The notes under the pieces were generated by a model. It worked only from the letters and a program-made list of their open reading frames with translations. It had not been told where the DNA came from and made no database searches. From the human T2T-CHM13v2.0 reference genome, Homo sapiens, in assembly GCF_009914755.1 (NCBI RefSeq), contig NC_060948.1: 64,000 nucleotides of DNA. One strand, written 5' to 3'. Each line of letters begins with the position of its first letter. The first letter of the stretch is position 1. Below, piece by piece: positions 54,052 to 64,000 of the stretch. Position numbers and translations under genes: made by a program.

Positions 54052-56149
54052 AGATCCATATTTTTTAAATGAAAAAAAATTTCAAAGGTACTCTGCTTGG
54101 TACAATAATCAAATGTATAAACTGAGGAATAAAACATAACCATGAAACCTACTTATAACTGCATATGGAAAATACAGAGGATAATTTTTTAAATAACATA
54201 TTTTGAAAGCCTTAACTAGTAATTTGAAGAGTTGGCATTTGAAAGGCCAGTATGAATATACCTTCAAAGCAGCAACACAGGTTCCCCATGAGAAACAGCA
54301 AACTCAGGGAAAATAAAACCACAAAGGTTCAATCTCTTCTGACCTTTGAAAGACACAGCACAGACAGTGGTCCTTAGGACGAAGAGCAGGAGACCCCTAA
54401 TTCCGTCACCATGGCGATAGGGCATAAACATTGCTGGGTGAGGGCACAATCCACATTGTGAGGTCCAACTGCTGCCAGGAAGACAGGAGTGCTTTTACAT
54501 AGACCGAAAGGTCATTGAAGGCTCAGAGTTTTGTTTCAAGAACTGAATCCCAAGCCCACACGTTATTAGGCTGTGCTTCTTAAAACAAGTTATGAGATGG
54601 GAAAAAGGGCACCCACAAACATACGTATACATTATGTATATAATAATATACAGTATCATATATAAAATATGTATAACCAATGTATAATATTGTTTTACAT
54701 CCTGCATCTTATATTATATATATTGTATAAAATATAATAATTGATAATATATAAGTTTTATATTTATACAATATGACATATAGTATATATTATACTTTAT
54801 GACATATATAATATATGTTATATATCATATATAGAATATATTATACGGTTAATATCCGTATTAAATATAAATTATACATTATATATATTATATAAAATAT
54901 ATCTGTTATATATAATACCCATTATGCATAATATATATATTATGTCTATGTTATATATAGTATAAAACAACATATAATAATATATAATTGTATATATAAA
55001 ATGCGACATATAATATATATTATATTTTATGACATATGTAATATATATTATATATTATATATAATACGTTGTATGTATAATACCTATATTAAATATATAT
55101 TATATGACTATGTTATTAATTACATGTCACATATGTTATATATTACATATTTTACATAGAATATACCGGTTACATGCAATATATACTATGTTACCTATAA
55201 TGTATAATTGATTACATGTAAAATAAAGAATGCAATATATTATGTATAATTTATAATATACAATATGTGGAATGTGATATATATAACATATAATATATGA
55301 TATATGATATACAGTATATGATATATAACATAAAATATATGATACCTAATATATATGGTATACAATATATATTTTATGATATGTATTCTATATGTTTTAT
55401 ATTCTGTTATATATAACTATTTGAAATTATATATAACTGTATAATATTTTATGCAAATATGTAATATAATATATATAACTATATAATATATTATATATAA
55501 CTATATATTATGTTATATATACTTTTATAACATAATTTACATTAAATATCATAATATAATATATATTATATTATTTCACATTACATAATATATATTACAT
55601 ATCACCCAATATAAGTAACATACATAATATTATAATATAGATTATATTATGTTATATTAAATATCATATATATCATGTATCATATATTCTATAATATATA
55701 TTACACATTATATAATATGTATGTTGTCTATTATGTGATATATATAACTATACATATAATTATATTATTATATATATAACTAGATAAACATGTAATTCCA
55801 CATATTTTCATTTATAATATATAGAATTATTTAATCATATATAATTATTTATATTCTATAAAAAATTATATCGTTATATAAATTATAATATAAAAAAATT
55901 ATAATATGTACTACAAATATATATATTATATATCATATATGATATAGTACCTTTGTTATATATCATAATACATATAAATGTGTATTATGTTATCTATAAT
56001 TATATAATTTCATATATAAGATGTATAATAGGTATTATATATTGTATATGTTATGTAATATATATAGTATATATAAGCTGACACAGGATAAATATTATAT
56101 ACTATGACATATAAAATATATGAGGTTATATGTTACATATAAGGCATAG

Positions 56150-56470
<321 letters not shown>

Positions 56471-58598
56471 AGATCCATATTTTTTAAATGAAAAAAAATT
56501 TCAAAGGTACTCTGCTTGGTACAATAATCAAATGTATAAACTGAGGAATAAAACATAACCATGAAACCTACTTATAACTGCATATGGAAAATACAGAGGA
56601 TAATTTTTTAAATAACATATTTTGAAAGCCTTAACTAGTAATTTGAAGAGTTGGCATTTGTAAGGCCAGTATGAATATACCTTCAAAGCAGCAACACAGG
56701 TTCCCCGTGAGAAAAAGCAAACTCAGGGAAAATAAAACCACAAAGGTTCAATCTCTTCTGACCTTTGAAAGACACAGCACAGACAGTGGTCCTTAGGACG
56801 AAGAGCAGGAGACCCCTAATTCCGTCACCATGGCGATAGGGCATAAACATTGCTGGGTGAGGGCACAATCCACATTGTGAGGTCCAACTGCTGCCAGGAA
56901 GACAGGAGTGCTTTTACATAGACCGAAAGGTCATTGAAGGCTCAGAGTTTTGTTTCAAGAACTGAATCCCAAGCCCACACGTTATTAGGCTGCGCTTCTT
57001 AAAACAAGTTATGAGATGGGAAAAAGGGCACCCACAAACATACGTATACATTATGTATATAATAATATACAGTATCATATATAAAATATGTATAAACTAT
57101 GTATAATATTGTTTTACATCCTGCATCTTATATTATATATATTGTATAAAATATAATAATTGATAATATATAAGTTTTATATTTATACAATATGACATAT
57201 AGTATATATTATAGTTTATGACATATATAATATATGTTATATATCATATATAGAATATATTATACGGTTAATATACGTATTAAATATAAATTATACATTA
57301 TATATATTATATAAAATATATCTGTTATATATAATACCCATTATGCATAATATATATATTATGTCTATATTATATATAGTATAAAACAACATATAATAAT
57401 ATATAATTGTATATATAAAATGCGACATATAATATATATTATATTTTATGACATATGTAATATATATTATGTATTATATATAATACGTTGTATGTATAAT
57501 ACCTATATTAAATATATATTATATGACTATGTTATTAATTACATGTCACATATGTTATATATTATATATTTTACATAGAATATACCGGTTACATACAATA
57601 TATACTATGTTACCTATAATGTATAATTGATTACATGTAAAATAAAGAATGCAATATATTATGTATAATTTATAATATACAATATGTGGAATGTGATACA
57701 TATAACATATAATATATGATATATGATATACAGTATATGATATATAACATTCAATATATGATACCTAATATATATGGTATACAATATATATTTTAAGATA
57801 TGTATTCTATATGTTTTATATTCTGTTATATATAACTATTTGAAATTATATATAACTGTATAATATTTTATGTAAATATGTAATATAATATATATAACTA
57901 TATAATATATTATATATAACTATATATTATGTTATATATACTTTTATAACATAATTTACATAAAATGTCATAATATAATATATATTATATTATTTCACAT
58001 TACATAATATATATTACATATCACCCAATATAAGTAACATACATAATATTATAATATAGATTATATTATGTTATATTAAATATCATATATATCATGTATC
58101 ATATATTCTATAATATATATTACACATTATATAATATGTATGTTGTCTATTTTGTGATATATAAAACTATATATATAATTATATTATTATACATATAACT
58201 AGATAAACATGTAATTCTACATATTTTCATTTGTAATATATAGAATTATATAATCATATATAATTATTTATATTCTATAAAAAATTATATCATTATATAA
58301 ATTATAATATAAAAAAATTATAATATGTACTACAAATATACATAATATATATCATATATGATATAGTACCTTTGTTATATATCATAATACATATAAATGT
58401 GTATTATGTTATCTATAATTATATAATTTCATATATAAGATGTATAATATGTATTATATATTGTCTATGTTATGTAATATATATAGTATATGTAAGCTGA
58501 CACAGGATAAATATTATATACTATGACATATAAAATATATGAGGTTATATGTTACATATAAGGCATAGCACATAACATGTAATATATATTATATATAA

Positions 58599-58890
<292 letters not shown>

Positions 58891-60995
58891 AGATCCATAT
58901 TTTTTAAATGAAAAAAAATTTCAAAGGTACTCTGCTTGGTACAATAATCAAATGTATAAACTGAGGAATAAAACATAACCATGAAACCTACTTATAAGTG
59001 CATATGGAAAATACAGAGGATAATTTTTTAAATAACATATTTTGAAAGCCTTAACTAGTAATTTGAAGAGTTGGCATTTGAAAGGCCAGTATGAATATAC
59101 CTTCAAAGCAGCAACACAGGTTCCCCATGAGAAAAAGCAAACTCAGGGAAAATAAAACCACAAAGGTTCAATCTCTTCTGACCTTTCAAAGACACAGCAC
59201 AGACAGTGGTCCTTAGGACGAAGAGCAGGAGACCCCTAATTCCGTCACCATGGCGATAGGGCATAAACATTGCTGGGTGAGGGCACAATCCACATTGAGA
59301 GGTCCAACTGCTGCCAGGAAGACAGGAGTGCTTTTACATAGACCGAAAGGTCATTGAAGGCTCAGAGTTTTGTTTCAAGAACTGAATCCCAAGCCCACAC
59401 GTTATTAGGCTGCGCTTCTTAAAACAAGTTATGAGATGGGAAAAAGGGCACCCACAAACATACGTATACATTATGTATATAATAATATACAGTATCATAT
59501 ATATAATATATATAACCTATGTATAATATTGTTTTACATCCTGCATCTTATATTATATATATTGTATAAAATATAATAATTCATAATATATAACGTTTAT
59601 ATTTATACAATATGACATATAGTATATATTATAATTTATGACATATATAATATATGTTATATATCATATATAGAATATATTATACGGTTAATATACGTAT
59701 TAAATATAAATTATACATTATATATATTATATAAAATATATCTGTTATATATAATACCCTTTATGCAGAATATATATATTATGTCTATGTTATATATAGT
59801 ATAAAACAACATATAATAATATATAATTGTATATATAAAATGCGACATATAATATATATTATATTTTATGACATATGTAATATATATTATATATTATATA
59901 TAATACGTTGTATGTATAATACCTATATTAAATATATATTATATGACTATGTTATTAATTACATGTCACATATGTTATATATTACATATTTTACATAGAA
60001 TATACCGGTTACATGCAATATATACTATGTTACCTATAATGTATAATTGATTACATGTAAAATAAAGAATGCAATATATTATGTATAATTTATAATATAC
60101 AATATGTGGAATGTGATATATATAACATATAATATATGATATATGATATACAGTATATGATATATAACATACAATATATGATACCTAATATATATGGTAT
60201 ACAATATATATTTTATGATATGTATTCTATATGTTTTATATTCTGTTATATATAACTATTTGAAATTATATATAACTGTATAATATTTTATGCAAATATG
60301 TAATATAATATATATAACTATATAATATATTATATATAACTATATATTATGTTATATATACTTTTATAACATAATTTACATTAAATATCAGAATATAATA
60401 TATATTATATTATTTCACATTACATAATATATATTACATATCACCCAATATAAGTAACATACATAATATTATAATATAGATTATATTATGTTATATTAAA
60501 TATCATATATATCATGTATCATATATTCTATAATATATATTACACATTATATAATATGTATGTTGTCTATTATGTGATATATATAACTATATATATAATT
60601 ATATTTTTATACATATAACTAGGTAAACATGTAATTCTACATATTTTCATTTATAATATATAGAATTATATAATCATATATAATTATTTATATTCTATAA
60701 AAAATTATATCATTATATAAATTATAATATAAAAAAATTATAATATGTACTACAAATATATATATTATATATCATATATGATATACTACCTTTGTTATAT
60801 ATCATAATACATATAAATGTGTATTATGTTATCTATAATTATATAATTTCATATATAAGATGTATAATATGTATCATATATTACATATGTTATGTAATAT
60901 ATATAGTATATATAAGATGACACAGGATAAATATTATATACTATGACATATAAAATATATGAGGTTATATGTTACATATAAGGCATAGCACATAA

Positions 60996-61310
<315 letters not shown>

Positions 61311-63414
61311 AGATCCATATTTTTTAAATGAAAAAAAATTTCAAAGGTACTCTGCTTGGTACAATAATCAAATGTATAAACTGAGGAATAAAACATAACC
61401 ATGAAACCTACTTATAACTGCATATGGAAAATACAGAGGATAATTTTTTAAATAACATATTTTGAAAGCCTTAACTAGTAATTTGAAGAGTTGGCATTTG
61501 AAAGGCCAGTATGAATATACCTTCAAAGCAGCAACACAGGTTCCCCATGAGAAAAAGCAAACACAGGGAAAATAAAAACACAAAGGTTCAATCTCTTCTG
61601 ACCTTTGAAAGACACAGCACAGACAGTGGTCCTTAGGACGAAGAGCAGGAGACCCCTAATTCCGTCACCATGGCGATAGGGCATAAACATTGCTGGGTGA
61701 GGGCACAATCCACATTGTGAGGTCCAACTGCTGCCAGGAAGACAGGAGTGCTTTTACATAGACCGAAAGGTCATTGAAGGCTCAGAGTTTTGTTTCAAGA
61801 ACTGAATCCCAAGCCCACACGTTATTAGGCTGCACTTCTTAAAACAAGTTATGAGATGGGAAAAAGGGCACCCACAAACATACGTATACATTATGTATAT
61901 AATAATATACAGTATCATATATATAATATATATAACCTATGTATAATATTGTTTTACATCCTGCATCTTATGTTATATATATTGTATAAAATATAATAAT
62001 TGATAATATATAAGTTTTATAATTATACAATATGACATATAGTATATATTATAATTTATGACATATATAATATATGTTATATGTCATATATAGAATATAT
62101 TATACGGTTAACATACGTATTAAATATAAATTATACATTATATATATTATATATAATATATCTGTTATATGTAATACCCATTATGCATAATATATATATT
62201 ATGTCTATGTTATATATAGTATAAAACAACATATAATAATATATAATTGTATATATAAAATGCGATATATAATATATATTATATTTTATAACATATGTAA
62301 TATATATTATATATTATATATAATACGTTGTATGTATAATACCTATATTAAATATATATTATATGACTATGATATTAATTACATGTCACATGTGTTATAT
62401 ATTATATATTTTACATAGAATATACTGGTTACATACAATATATACTATGTTACCTATAATGTATAATTTATTACATGTAAAATAAAGAATGCAATATATT
62501 ATGTAAAATTTATAATATACCATATGCGGAATGTCATATATATAACATATAATATATGATATATGATATACAGTATATGATATATAACATAAAATATATG
62601 ATTCCTAATATATATGGTATACAATATATATTTTATGATATGTATTCTATATGTTTTATATTCTGTTATATATAACTATTTGAAATTATATATAACTGTA
62701 TAATATTTTATGTAAATATGTAATATAATATATATAATATATAATATATTATATATAACTATATATTATGTTATATATACTTTTATAACATAATTTACAT
62801 AAAATATCATAATATAATATATATTATATTATTTCATATTACATAATATATATTACATATCACCCAATATAACTAACATACATAATATTATAATATAGAT
62901 TATATTATGTTATATTAAATATCATATATATCATGTATCATATATTCTATAATATATATTACACATTATATAATATGTATGTTGTCTATTATGTGATATA
63001 TATAACTATATATATAATTATATTTTTATACATATAACTAGATAAACATGTAATTCTACATATTTTCATTTATAATATGTAGAATTATATAATCATATAT
63101 AATTATTTATATTCTATAAAAAATTTTATCATTATATAAATTATAATATATAAAAATTATAATATGTACTACAAATATATATATTATATATCATATATGA
63201 TATACTACCTTTGTTATATATCATAATACATATAAATGTGTATTATGTTATCTATAATTATATAATTTCATATATAAGATGTATAATATGTATCATATAT
63301 TACATATGTTATGTAATATATATAGTATATATAAGATGACACAGGATAAATATTATATACTATGACATATAAAATATATGAGGTTATATGTTACATATAA
63401 GGCATAGCACATAA

Positions 63415-63729
<315 letters not shown>

Positions 63730-64000
63730 AGATCCATATTTTTTAAATGAAAAAAAATTTCAAAGGTACTCTGCTTGGTACAATAATCAAATGTATAAAC
63801 TGAGGAATAAAACATAACCATGAAACCTACTTATAACTGCATATGGAAAATACAGAGGATAATTTTTTAAATAACATATTTTGAAAGCCTTAACTAGTAA
63901 TTTGAAGAGTTGGCATTTGAAAGGCCAGTATGAATATACCTTCAAAGCAGCAACACAGGTTCCCCATGAGAAAAAGCAAACACAGGGAAAATAAAAACAC

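Overview
The whole 64-kb window is one uninterrupted head-to-tail tandem array of a ~2.42-kb unit (about 26.5 copies; anchor-to-anchor spacing 2411-2423 bp, mode 2420). Each unit has three parts: a ~1.56-kb extremely AT-rich degenerate (TA)-type block, an antisense diverged Alu (~290 bp; lacks ~12 nt of the 5' end, carries a 16-bp internal duplication, A9 tail), and a ~570-bp mixed-composition segment. This organisation and the ~2.15-kb HaeIII fragment predicted from the sequence match the known primate satellite DYZ2/HSat1B. The window is most likely human Yq12 heterochromatin; acrocentric HSat1B or another ape cannot be excluded from sequence alone. I see no genes: all listed ORFs are repeat artefacts. 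I found no new biological system. The noteworthy content is the internal history of the array: two sequence subfamilies in blocks, chimeric junction units, nested 1-, 2- and ~4-unit duplications, a 13-unit long-range match, possible MIR and L1M fossils inside the unit, and AluSc/Sc8-like rather than pure AluY diagnostics. All comparisons were made by eye. Unit n means the nth Alu copy plus the sequence downstream of it.
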